A DNA stretch of 64,000 bases from Octopus sinensis (Eukaryota), in assembly GCF_006345805.1 (NCBI RefSeq), contig NC_043007.1, positions 74,338,001-74,402,000 on the forward strand, written 5' to 3'. Under the pieces are notes generated by a model, which was given only the letters and a program-made list of their open reading frames with translations, did no database searches and had not been told where the DNA came from. This document shows, one piece after another, positions 37,142-49,379 of the stretch; position 1 is the stretch's first letter; the number at the start of each line of letters is the position of its first letter. Both the position numbers and the translations under genes were made by a program.

Positions 37142-39639
37142 ATCATCGTTTCATCTTCAGAAGCAAATGTGATATCTACATTCAGTAATACAAATTACAA
37201 ATATTTTATTTGTATAACATTGTATTTATTCTCTCCTCATAGTCCTTAGATCTCGTTTTTTTTAAAGCATTTTATATAAACATGCATGACACACTCACAT
37301 GCACAAACATGTATGTATAATTTATGTGCGCATATATGTCTAACGAGTATATTCACTAATCGCATTCCATTATTCTGGTAACTAATTCGTCAGGATGGTT
37401 CTCTTTACACACACACATACACTCTCATACACATTGCTTACAACTAACTTACCAACGATTGCCAAACTGCACACTGCCTCCTCATCAACAGAGATAGATA
37501 CCTTACCTACTCAGATGTTACTACAAAATTCCTACGCATTTATAACTTAACTGTTGATGAGTGTTAAGATGCTATACACTCTGTCTGCGAATGTGATTAA
37601 TTTAATGTATTTATTTTTATTAAAATCCAATTTTTGTATAATATCTAAAGCATTAAACCAGAGATTAAATTGCTTTAGCGACAATTTACTAAACTTATTT
37701 CTCCCAAGTCTGATGGAAGATGTCTCAAACATGAACAAATAGACTTCGTTATTCAATATGCTTTCAGCAATGTTAATTCTTAGAAATATCTCGACTTTGT
37801 ATGATAACCCTAACCCTACCTCTTCAAGCGTGGCTTTCTTTAAAAATTTCACTTATTATTTTTTTTTCTCCATGAAATATCTTCTTCCTAAATTAATAAA
37901 TTTGGTAATTATTTTGCTGATAATAATAAACAAACCAGCGGATGTTTATTTATCAAATAGAAATTTGTTTGGAATGTTTGCTATGTGACATATAACATTA
38001 CTTGTGATGTTTATTTAGTTATGTGTGTGTGTGATGTGTATAATAGTAACAAGACAGTCTCGATAATAATTGTGGTTGTGAGGTAGAAATATTCCCTGTG
38101 TATTATTAATTGTTGATTTATTTGTCCGGGGTTTTTATCAAGCGTGGATTGCTGTACATTTGTGACCTCTAGAACACGAGTCACGAGAAAGGTAAACAAT
38201 TCGAGACAATCAAAATGAAATGGAAATAACAACACAAAACGAAGGAAATAATTCTAATAACAACATAGAATCAAGGTGAAAGAGCAGAAATCCCCGTTTA
38301 TTTTAAGTGAATTAAAAATTTCTTTTGCTCTCGGCATATTAATTAATCTTGTGGATCTTATTCACAAAAAGACATCAACTATGGAACTGTATTCTTTGTT
38401 TACAGTTATAAAGGCCACCATGGGGATTTAATAATTTTAGGATTAAATTTGACAAATTGAAATTGTCGGTAAATTAAATGTGATGAAGGCCGTTGTTATT
38501 GTTGTTCGTTTCCAGAGAGATCTTGATTGGGCAGACCTATGATGAAAGGCTCTCCAGTTGTGACCACCCTGTTTTGTTTTCAAGAGTTAACCTAACTACA
38601 ACTACATAATTCAGTGCGACCTTTTTTGTGTGTGTGAATTCAGGGTAATATTTTAGGTTCCCTTGTTCGTTCGTTTTTTTTTTGTTTTGTTTTTTGGTGT
38701 TGGTGGTGGGGATTTTAAACATTTTTCACAGTATACGTTACTGCTGAATGGTGTAATGTTATTGTTAAATATCAAAGTTCTAATGGATTATTCGACTGAT
38801 CAATAAATACGAGCTCAGTTCTCGCATTTAACCCTTTTGTTAGCACATTTCTGTTGCACTATACTGCATTTGATCTCAATTAATTCTGAAAATAATGTAA
38901 GTAAAAATAACGTTGTCATTATTAAGCTGATGCTTGGAGCATAACATGAAATTTTGAAGGAGAGTCTTAATTTACATCACGTCAAAACAGAGGATTGTAT
39001 AATAGAAAGACTGGAATTTTTTAAACACAAATTTGAATTCGATAGATATTTTCTTGTATCACTTTGTTACTCTCTTTCTCGAATTTGGATTATGGAATAC
39101 GAAACACACCATTTTGCCATAAAAATATTTGTCTCAGTGACTTTGTAATTTGCTTCTCTATAAGTTTTAAACTATTCAGTCTTGTTTTCTACTATTTTTA
39201 ACTCATCAGTAATTGTATATATGAACATTGTGATTTTGGCCTATCCTCTTTACTGTGAAGGCACCAGTGCACACATATTTTAACCCTTTAGTATGAAGGT
39301 GTATCGGCAGAACTGGGTGAGGTTTGTTGCAATTAGTGCTCAACAACAATTAACTGTTATAACTATGGTACCACAACGTCCGCTCTAAGTTACTTTTACT
39401 TCAGTTAATACGCATGATTTCCTTCTCACTTCCAAACTCAGGCTCTCGTTAAGCACTTCCATCTCTGAGTGTTTGCTTACTGACTCATCTTTGTTTCTTA
39501 TTCAACACCGAAAATACGCGAGCCTCTGACTAGTTACACACCCTGCTCGAAATAGCGGCCAAACCCACCTCCGATTTCATTCTACCGCATTAAAGGTGGA
39601 AGGTCATGTTGGATGGTAGAATCCTAGTTTGGGTATATC

Positions 39640-39730
39640 GGCGAAGGTAAAGAATACACACGCACACCCGGTGTTTAGGGTTAGGGTAACGCCGAAAACG
39701 GGTGGTGTCCGTATTTTTTTTACCTCCGCC
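39640..39730. mobile_element. 91-bp mini-TIR element with 9-bp TSD and TTAGGG x2
   Basis: Ends ggcgaaggtaaagaatac / gtattttttttacctccgcc; TSD gggtatatc at 39631-39639 and 39731-39739. Confidence 0.75.
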
Positions 39731-40224
39731 GGGTATATCTACGTACGTTTTAACGCCCACTTTGCATGGGTCGGACGGAGTTTATTGAGGCAGATTTTCT
39801 ATGGCCAAAATGTCCTTGTCGCCAACACGCATGTTTCCGAGCAAGGTAATATTACCCCATGGTCAGACATTTTCACAGAACATTGATAATAAGCAGTATT
39901 TCTTGCGATGGTTACACTCATTTACAAGTACCACATAATATGAGACAAAGGGACATAAACACGCTTGCGTTCACACGCACGCCTCCGCCCCTCTTATTCC
40001 AGTCGTTAGATTGCAGCCATGCTGGGTGCACCCCCTTGAAGAACTTTTAGTCAAGCGAATTGTCCCCAGTACTTATTTGTTTTGAAAGTCTGGTACTTAT
40101 TCTATCGATCCCTTTTTGCCGAACTGCCAAGTTAGGGAGACGTAAATACATTAACACCGGTTCCCAGGCAGTGGTGGAGGACACACACACACACACACAC
40201 ACATATATATGTATATATATATAT

Positions 40225-40366
40225 GGCGATCCTTCGGTATAGGTACACACGTGACTTTGTTTACATTTCTGAAGATAACAGAAACCCTTTTCTCCCACCC
40301 ATTTATAAAAAAAACACTTTCTTGAAATGTATCCGGTACTTCCGATACTTACACCGAAGTTACGCC
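40225..40366. mobile_element. 142-bp mini-TIR element in (TA)n
   Basis: Ends ggcgatccttcggtata / tacaccgaagttacgcc; shares tttacatttctgaaga with 21332-21763. Confidence 0.6.
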
Positions 40367-40876
40367 ATATATATATATATATATACGATGGGCTTCCCTT
40401 AGTTTCCATCTAGCAGATCCACTTAGAAGGTCAACCTGAGGCTATAGTAGAAAAAACTTGCCCAAGATGCCATGCAGTTGTGATGAACCCAGAACCATGG
40501 TGATTGAGAAGCAAACTTCTTACCACACAGGCATGCCTGGTATTATCTATATCTATATATATATATGTGTGTGTGTATTTAAAAAAACAAAGAAATATTA
40601 AACATCAACATCAGCTTATATTGACCATTGAAGAACTTCAAATAAAATGATTAGGTACCAGAAAACACTTTGACAAAAGCTTAAATAACAAAGTTAACTC
40701 ATTTTTAGAAATTATCATCATCTTTATTTTATATCTGTTTTCCATGCTGGCATGGGTTGGAGGGTTTGACATGAGCTGGCAAGCTGAAGAGCTGTACCAG
40801 GCTCTTGTTGTCTGTTTTGATATGGTTTCTATGGCTGGATGCCCTTCCTAATACTAACTAATTTAGAGTGTATTGA

Positions 40877-41362
40877 GTACTTTATGCATGGCACCAGCAC
40901 GGGCGCTTTATACGTAGCACCAGCACGGATGCTTTATACATGGCACCAGTGTGGGTGCTTTATATGTGACACCAACATGGGTGCTTCGTATGTGATACCA
41001 GCATGGGTGCTTTATATCTGGCACCAAAATGGGTGCTTTATATGTGGAACCAACATGGGTGCTTTATACATGGCACCAGTGTGGGTGCTTTATATGTGAC
41101 ACCAACATGGGTGCTTCATATGTGATACCAGCATGGGTGCTTTATATCTGGCACCAACATGGGTGCTTTATATGTGGCACCAACATGGGTGCTTCATATG
41201 TGATACCAGCATGGGTGATTTATATCTGGCACCAGTGTGGGTACTTTATATGTGGAACCAACATGGGTGCTTTATACATGGCACCAACATGGGTGCTTTA
41301 TACATGGCACTAGCACATGCTTTTTACCTGGCACCAGCATGGGTGTTTTATACGTAACACCA
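40877..41362. repeat. 26-bp minisatellite (~18-19 units) with higher-order structure, expanded within a family C SINE
   Basis: Unit gcaccaacatgggtgctttatatgtg; runs of variant units recur. Confidence 0.9.
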
Positions 41363-41799
41363 GCATTCATGAGCTTGCAAGACAAAGACCTCTCCACCGA
41401 GAGAGAAAGAGAGAGAGTGGAACTGAGAGATTAGAGCATGATAGAGGCACAGAGGTAGCCCTCTCACTATTGAGGAGACACTTGGCTACCACAGTAGGAC
41501 AAAGAAGGAGAGGAAGGTGGGAGGGAGTTAGATGTATCTGGAAAACTTAAGCAAACTATTTCAGCAGTCTATCAACAACAATCTCAATAAATTCCAAAAC
41601 TGAAAAAGCAACTAAAATACTTGTATTTACTCTCTGACTTAATGACATTGACCTAAAACCATGAAAATAGTCATATATGGTCTCACATCTAACCTTTGTG
41701 TTTTACACTGATGTTTTCCCAAGTCATTGTTATAGAAATTTTGTTGGACTCAATAATCCCTGATGGCTCTCAGATACACTGTGCTACTAAAGAGATGAG

Positions 41800-42820
41800 A
41801 TTAGGATATCTGGTGCAATGCAAGAAAAGACCCAAAGGATCTGGAATTATTGCTGTCTGGTCTCAGAAACATGGAACCATCTGTAGACCTCTTAGTGCTG
41901 ATGTGGATCTACTGGACTGTTTTGACTTTGCTGTAGCATTTACACAAAAAATGTGTGTGTTTGAAGTAAAGTCCATTATACTTGGAAATTTTAATGTTCT
42001 CCATTTTACCAGCTTGTTCAGCTATCACACAACTTACTGATTACTTTAGTTTTCATCATCATCATCATTTAACATTTATGTTCCATATTGGCATAAGTTG
42101 GACAGTTTGAAAGGATTCACTGGGTCCAAGGACTGCTTTGATCTCCAGTGTCTACTTTGACTTGGTTTTCATACCTGGATGCCCTCCCTCATGCCAACCA
42201 CTTTATAGCATATACTGTACTTATGTGTCCCACCAGCACTTTTGAGATCACCATGCAGTTCACAAAATTATGGATCCTGAGGGTGAAGGCTCTATGCTAG
42301 AGGACAAGGGTTTAAAGTTTGAGAGATGGTATGGGATGGGGATGTGAGGCAGAGCATGTTCTTGTAGGGGAGCTGCATGGCTACTCACATTTAGAAGAGA
42401 GGGAGAGAATGATCAGTCAGAGCTGCAAAGAGGTAAATATTGGCAATGGGGTGTCCAGCTGACACATCAATAATGTTGTCCCCAGCAAGTGGGGACAGCA
42501 CTTTTGTTGTTGTTCTGATAGACTTTCCTGGAGATTCCACAATTGTAGCTCAGACCATAATCCACTACTACTGAAACTAAATGGTCTACTGTACCAGGAG
42601 GAACTGTTGCAAAAGAGCAAATTTATGTCATGCAACATTAGTTGACTGGTCAGCTGTCTTTGAAAAATGATTATCTTTAAAGATATTGAGAAAATGTGGA
42701 AACAGGTGACAATGTCTTTTTGTAGAGCCTTCTACACCTTCATCTCAAGTAAAATCATAAAGTAAAAAGCCAGTTGGCAAAACTTGGTTTGATGACAAAT
42801 GTAGAAAAAGGACTTCCAGG
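41800..42820 (+). pseudogene. LINE (CR1/L2-group) AP-endonuclease remnant, interrupted by a SINE
   Basis: ICRPL (YRPP-like), IILGNFN (GDFN-like), SDHNPLLL at ~42550 and KTWFDDKCRK near 42790. Confidence 0.65.
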
Positions 42821-45564
42821 AGGGAATCCTGTCTTTTCTATCTATTCATAGAAGAAAGCTAATACTGCAGAGAACAAATCAAAGTTAACAAAAAATATAA
42901 AGCACAGCTACATTTATGTAAAGAGTAAAGTGAAATGATATTATGGTGACAGACTAATACAAGATGAGCATCGACAGCTAGATGTGGAGAGCATTTCCCA
43001 TGTGCTTGTCATTAATCCTTTAGCATTTAACCCATTAGTGTCCATGGTTCTTTTTTTAGGACCAGAAGGATAATCTATCATATTTCTGTAACATCTGTAT
43101 TTTTCTGAGATTAGTTTAGTTAGTCATCAAGACTGGAGTGTCTTTCAAATATTGTAATAAAATTTTTTTTATATATTTACTATCAGATAAAGTTGCATGA
43201 AAAAAGATTTTTGGTAATAAATTAAATAAAGAAATTTGGGAACTAATGGGTTAAACTGGCTATGTCTGGCCCAAACTTTTCTACCTGTTTTATGTTCAAA
43301 CTGGTCAAATTTGGCCTCTCACCTATACCTAACAAAGTCATTCAAAACATAAGCAATCACATCATTGAAACCTCAAAATTACAAAGGTAATGCGTGATTA
43401 ATTCAAATCAATGTGGTTGAATATGTATTACATTTGACAGAATAACCTGAACACTAAAGGGTTAAGCATAATAGAACCATGCATACAAAATGGCAAATGG
43501 TAAAAGCCAGTGTCTTCTGGCAGGTTTTTGTTGAAGTTGTTGTGTGTCTTCTACTGATGTCCAACCACTATTGATCAAGCATGAATTTTCAATACAAAGG
43601 GCATCATGCAGATAATGTGGTGACTGTTAAAGCCAGTGGCTTTGATCAAATTCTGAGCAGAATAATTAACTAGGTGACTAATACTTCTTTCTACTATAGG
43701 CTCAAGGCTTGGAATTTCAGAGGAGTGGACTAGTTGATTATATCAACGCCTGTGCCCAACTGGTACTTATTTTATTGACAAAGTGTGAAAGAGAAAGTTG
43801 ACCTCAGAATATAAAGAGCTAGAAGAAATATTGCTAAGCATTTTATCTGATGTGCTGGTGATACCAACTCATCACCCTTCAGTAACCAATGATAATAATA
43901 AGTGAAATAGAACCAGTGCATGTGTTTCTTATCAACAAAATGACCCTCCCAAGGTACAGCAAAATCAGTTTCAATACTTGATTTCATATCTAGAATCTTG
44001 CAGTCCAAATTTAAAAACCAAATAACCTGACAATATGTTCTTGTATTGCTTATTTCACCTTTGCTTCACTTATGCTATGTCTTCAAACCAATAGAAAATC
44101 TTTACTGTGATCCTTAAATTATTACTCAACATTATCAGCAAAATGATGGATTCACTGGTCCATAAACAATTTCAAAACTTATTTGCTTTAAAAAAAAAAT
44201 CAACGTATCTCTGGAAGACAATTCGGTTTTCAATCAAAGCATGACCCAGCATATTTTCTCACTATTCTTTCTCATGTGTGGAGCATGTTTGTAATTACAG
44301 GTGAAGAGCTGTGTGACAGAACTTGGGACATCAAAAGATCTTTTCATAGTTTACACAATGAACCCTCTGCTAAGCTGAACTTAAAAAAGGATATATGGGA
44401 AACTTTTGTATATCAGTCCCACAAAGCTCAATGCTTGGGCCACTTCTGGTCTTAGTCTTCATAGACATTCTGTTCAACCATTGTGAAAATGAGGTGTAAC
44501 TGCATACTGTTTGTACAGGTAAAATAAACAAGTGAACACAATGTTGCAGCTGTTAGCTTATACAGATATCGTGTGAAGATGAAAGCCAGGGCACACGGTT
44601 CCAAGGTAATATTTGAATCAACAAATCTGGCCCATCCTTACGTTCTGAGTTCAAATTTTGCTGAGGTCAGCTTTGCTTTTCATCCTTTTGGAGTTGATAA
44701 AACAAGTACTAGTTGAGCACTGGGGTTGATGTAATCGACTTCTCCACTCCCTGAAATTGCTGGCCTTGTGTGCCAAAATGCAAAATCACTATCTGAATCA
44801 TTAAAATGTAAAGCAATGGTTTTATGAAAGAAGAGAAACCCATCTGAGCCTGCATTATGCTTTTGGGAATTGAAGGCTGCCTAATAAAATGCAGCTTGAG
44901 ATTGAGGGCAAAGTCATAGATGGAAAACTGGTGTGGTCAGAAGATATCTGTATATGTACTGTCGCTATGGCACACTATGAGCTATTGGAAGCAGGTTAGA
45001 TTAGGAAGTGAGAACCACCGTTTGCAAATCAGAAACATTCTATAATACATTTGTCCTTATGGAGCTACAATGTATGTATGTATATTTGTGTGTGTGTATG
45101 TTAAATCATTTGATATCCACTTTTCTGTTTGCATGGATTGGATGGAATTTTGTTGAGATGGATTTTTCTATGGCCAGATGCCCTTCCTATGACCAGCCCT
45201 CACCTGTTTCCAAGTAAGATAATATTTCCCCACATCCAGACATATTTTCTTGGATGATTGGGAACAAAGGACACCTCCTGTATGATGGTGACCCTCATTT
45301 ATGACTATCTTGTGATATCAAGGCAAGAAGACAGTAACACACCCATACATATATACATATGTATGTATGTATGTACATACGTACGTACACACATGACAGG
45401 CTTGTTTCAGTCTTACGAAATCCACTCTCAAGACTTTATGTAGTGCAGCCCTATAGTAGAAGACACTTGTGCAAGGTACCACACTGTGGAATTTAACTCA
45501 GAACCATGTGGTTGGAAAGCAAATTTCTTACCGTACAGTTGCACTTGCATATATATATATATCA

Positions 45565-46110
45565 TCGTCATCATCATCATTTAACGTCCGCTTTCCATGC
45601 TAGCATGGGTTGGACGGTTCAACTGGGGTCTGGGGAGCCCGAAAGCTGCACCAGGCCAGTCAGATCTGGCAGTGTTTCTACAGCTGGATGCCCTTCCTAA
45701 TGCCAACCACTCCGAGAGTGTAGTGGGTGATTTTATGTGCCACCGACACGGGTGCCAGACGAGGCTGGCGAATGGCCACGCTCGGATGGTGTTTTTTATG
45801 TGCCACCGACACAGGTGCCAGACGAGGCTGGCAGACGGCCACGCTCGGATGGTGTTTTTATGTGCCACCGACACAGGTGCCAGATGAGGCTGGCGAACGG
45901 CCACGATCGGATGGTGTTTGTTACGTGCCCACAGCACGGAGGCCAGTCGATGCGGTACTGGCTACGGCCACGTTCGGATGGTTTTCTTGTGTGCCACCGG
46001 CACTGGTACCACAAAGATACAAATTCCATTGATGTTCATCTATTTTGATTTGTTTTGATTTGATTTGATTTGATTTGATTTGATTTTCACTTGCCTCAAC
46101 AGGTCTTCAC
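45565..46110 (-). mobile_element. SINE family C with ~62-bp internal repeats
   Basis: Near-identical organisation to 5160-5760. Confidence 0.85.
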
Positions 46111-46440
46111 AAACCTGTGCCAGTGGCATATAAAAAGCACCATCTGAACATGGCCTATGCCAGCGTCACCTTGACTGGCTTCTGTGCCGGTGGCACGTAA
46201 AAAGCACCAACCGATCATGGCCGCTGCCAGCCTCCCCTGGCACCTATGCTGGTGGTACGTAAAAAGCACCCACTACACTCACGGAGTGGTTGGCGTTAGG
46301 AAGGGCATCCAGCTGTAGAAACACTGCCAGATCTGACTGGAGCCTGGTGCAGCCTCTTGGCTTCCCAGACCCCGGTCGAACCGTCCAACCCGTGCCAGCA
46401 CGGAAAACGGACCTTAAACGATGATGCTGATGATGATGAT
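46111..46440 (+). mobile_element. SINE family C, opposite orientation
   Basis: Ends ggaccttaaacgatgatgctgatgatg. Confidence 0.85.
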
Positions 46441-47123
46441 ATATATAAACCAATAACTTCCAACATAGGAGACAGCATGTTGTACTAACAGTTCTCTATA
46501 AATTGCACACAAGTTGCAGTCCACCATGGATCAGAGCAAAACTACCACCATGGCTTGAAACACTTTGTTTCACAAAGGTAGAAACATAAATGTATTAAAC
46601 CCCGTCTCTTAACACATAGTGCCAACACCCATGGTTTGAACAGAAGCTTTCTGAACTCACCTACCAGAATGTGGAAAAAAGTTCCTGGCATGGCAGTGTT
46701 TTTTAGTAGCTGGCTTTGCAACCACATGGTTTCAGGTTCAGTCCTACTGCATGACACTTTGGGCAAATGTCTTTTATTGTAGCTACCAGACCAACCAATG
46801 CTCTGTGAGTAAATTTAGTAGATGGAAACTGTATGGAAGCCCATCATGTATATATCTACATGTGTGTGAGTGTGGTGGTGGTGGTGGGGGGGTGCACCTT
46901 AACTTTCCCTACACTGCTTCACAACCAGTATTGTTTTAAAGTTCCAGACTTGAAGAAAATAAGTATTGATTAAACATTTCAATGCAATACCCCAGCATGG
47001 TTGTAGTCCAATGACTGAAACTAGTAAAGGATAAAAACTATGATTGGTGTCTCTTCTGTTGATGAAATAACAGCTATTCATTTGCTGAAAACTTACAAGC
47101 AGTTGTTCCTTAAATGCATGATA

Positions 47124-47992
47124 TATGAGGCCTGATCAAAAAGCAGCAGGACTGGTGTCATAAAAAGAAAACTACAACACATAAGAATGTTGTAGTTGAC
47201 TTGAAGCATTGTAGGGAAAATAAGAAAGCTCTCTAACAATGCAGAAAGTTTTACAAAACCCTTTATGCTTCAGACACAAAGGTCCACCCACAGAAGGAAG
47301 CAGTTTTGGAAATGTCCAGTTAGACTGATTCTGTTTCTTTACTCAAATTTCTTGGTATTTGGCTAGCAGAGTAGTAGCCACTCTCCAAGTGTTGCCTTGC
47401 ACAAGATATATAGAAGTTTTTGTAAAACTTACTGCATTGTTAGAAGCTTCCTTATTTTCCCTTTCCGTTTCCTTCTACGACACATATCCAATTTGGCATT
47501 TAATCTTCTTTGAAGTAGTCCCCTTCTGAAGCTGCAGACTTTATCCAGCATTGTTTTCCATTGATGGAAACATTCCCAGAACTACTTTTGGGGGATAGGA
47601 AGCAGCTGCCACACAATATTTTCTTGGATTTCTTTGATGTCTTGAAATCTTGTTGGGGGTCTTCCACTGCAATGACTGAACCTTGATTTCAAAGTCATTA
47701 CCATAGATCCACAATTTGTCACTTGTTATGACCATTTTCAAAACATTTTTGTCTTTGACACAATCAAAGAGATCTTTCACAGCTGAAACTCGATCTTAAT
47801 TTTGAGATGACCATACTCTACACACTTTACTTCCAAGCACTGCTATAAGCAATGGAAGCGAGTGAGACCATTATAATCTAGTGTGCATGTGTGATGGAAT
47901 TTAAGGTCAGTCTGTGCTATGTGACTTCACTCTGCATACTTTAGCTCCATTACCATAACAACAGTCCCGATACTTTTTGATCAGACCTCATA
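47124..47992 (-). mobile_element. Degraded mariner element
   Basis: TIRs tatgagg(c/t)ctgatcaaaaag...ggactg. ORF 47541..47780: VLKMVITSDKLWIYGNDFEIKVQSLQWK, resembling mariner ITGDETW...YDPETK.QS..W. Confidence 0.8.
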
Positions 47993-48519
47993 AATATGAA
48001 GTAAATAAATCCATGGATATAGTGCATTAGCTGCAGTCCCTGAAGGATAAGCAAAATACTGGCGGAACCCTTCAAAAGTGTTTTTAGTCACCTGCTCGCA
48101 ATTAAGCCAGACAAATTCTTAAACTTTTAGCATTCAGATTACTCTGTGAAATGAATTGCTTCTTTATTTACATTGTTTTGAATTTATCATCCTTTATCTT
48201 GTAGCTTCAAGATTTCAATGATGTGATTGTATATTTTTAGAATGACATTGTAGAGATGGTGTGAGAGGCTGGATCTGGTCTCTATGAACATAAAACAAGT
48301 AGAATATTTGGGCTGGACACGGCTGGTTTAAATGCAAAAAGTTTAATACCGTAACTCTATATCTGGCTGTTAGGACAGACATTAATTACATCAGAATAAA
48401 GAACTATGATGTTCTGTCGATAAAATGAGAATAAACAAGAGGTTGAGATGTGTTCCTGATAATTCTCTTGCAAACATGACTCTAATAAAATCACTTGAGA
48501 TACTTTTCTTTTGTAATTA

Positions 48520-48610
48520 AGGAAGTAGAGAAGATGCTAGATATTACTGGCCTATTTCTCTAAGTTCATATGATGGTAAAGCCATGGAACCAATAATCAG
48601 AGGGAAATAA
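48520..48610 (+). pseudogene. LINE RT N-terminal fragment
   Basis: GSREDARYYWPISLSSYDGKAMEPII, resembling NYRPISLTS..K.ME.II. Confidence 0.5.
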
Positions 48611-48859
48611 CTGGTTGTATGAAGAACAGTTTACCATCTTGGTAGAAACTGTATCACTCAACTTTTTATTATCAACATATTTTTACAGGAAACAAAAGAA
48701 AAAAAAAAGAGCTCTAAAAGTACAAAAGATCAAATTATTGAGAAAACAACAAAACAAAACATGACTGTCTCACCAAGGAAACAAAGAAAAAGAAAAAAGG
48801 GAGGAAGATTGAGCAGCAGAAAATTGGGAGCTGGGAGGAAGAAATCAGTTGTACACTCC

Positions 48860-49060
48860 AGAACAAACGGTGTGTTTAGCTGTGCCTTGTGGACATGATT
48901 GCAAAGGTGTTACTGTGGAGAAGGGCCAGTGACACTTTCTCCAGCAGCCATCCCGCTCGCAGGGCTCATTTCTCAGATGGGCCACAGTTATCCTGATTCT
49001 GTGGAGGAAATTGGCAGTATGGTGGGGTCCTGACAGTGACCAGCACTAACCAGTAGTGGT
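48860..49060 (-). mobile_element. CRE/NeSL-like retrotransposon C-terminal remnant
   Basis: GPHHTANFLHRI... then (frameshift) GWLLEKVSLALLHSNTFAIMS*. Confidence 0.55.
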
Positions 49061-49379
49061 TGGTCAGGTTTCAGTATTTGTTTATTTTCCACTTCTCTAT
49101 GTCACAGAAGGTGATAAAACTGTGACAGCATCATGACTGGATATTAAAACAGCTGATCTGTCAATCAAATGTAGATGTGGTATATCTAGACAAACTTATG
49201 TGTGTGTGTGTAATAACATGGTGTTCTTGGCATCAGGAAGAGCATCCAATCATAGAGACGATGCCAGACTGGACATTGGGGGCTCATCACAGCCTAGCAG
49301 CCTGCTGTATCCTGTCAAATTATCCACCCCATGCCAGCATAGAAGACATATGTTAAATGTTGATAATATATAATCACCG

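Noticed and set aside
37547-37852. 101-aa minus-strand ORF (KKATLEEVGLGLSY...)
   Set aside because: Non-ATG start, AT-rich composition and no recognisable motif; not supportable as CDS.
40839-41434. Overlapping Cys/Trp/His-rich repetitive ORFs
   Set aside because: All frames of a 26-bp minisatellite; the unit is not a multiple of three. Also not a CRISPR array, as there are no unique spacers.
44566-44605. 40-nt AG/GT-bounded candidate exon (YRVKMKARAHGSK or ISCEDESQGTRFQ)
   Set aside because: Splice signals are plausible, but no partner exons or homology could be established.
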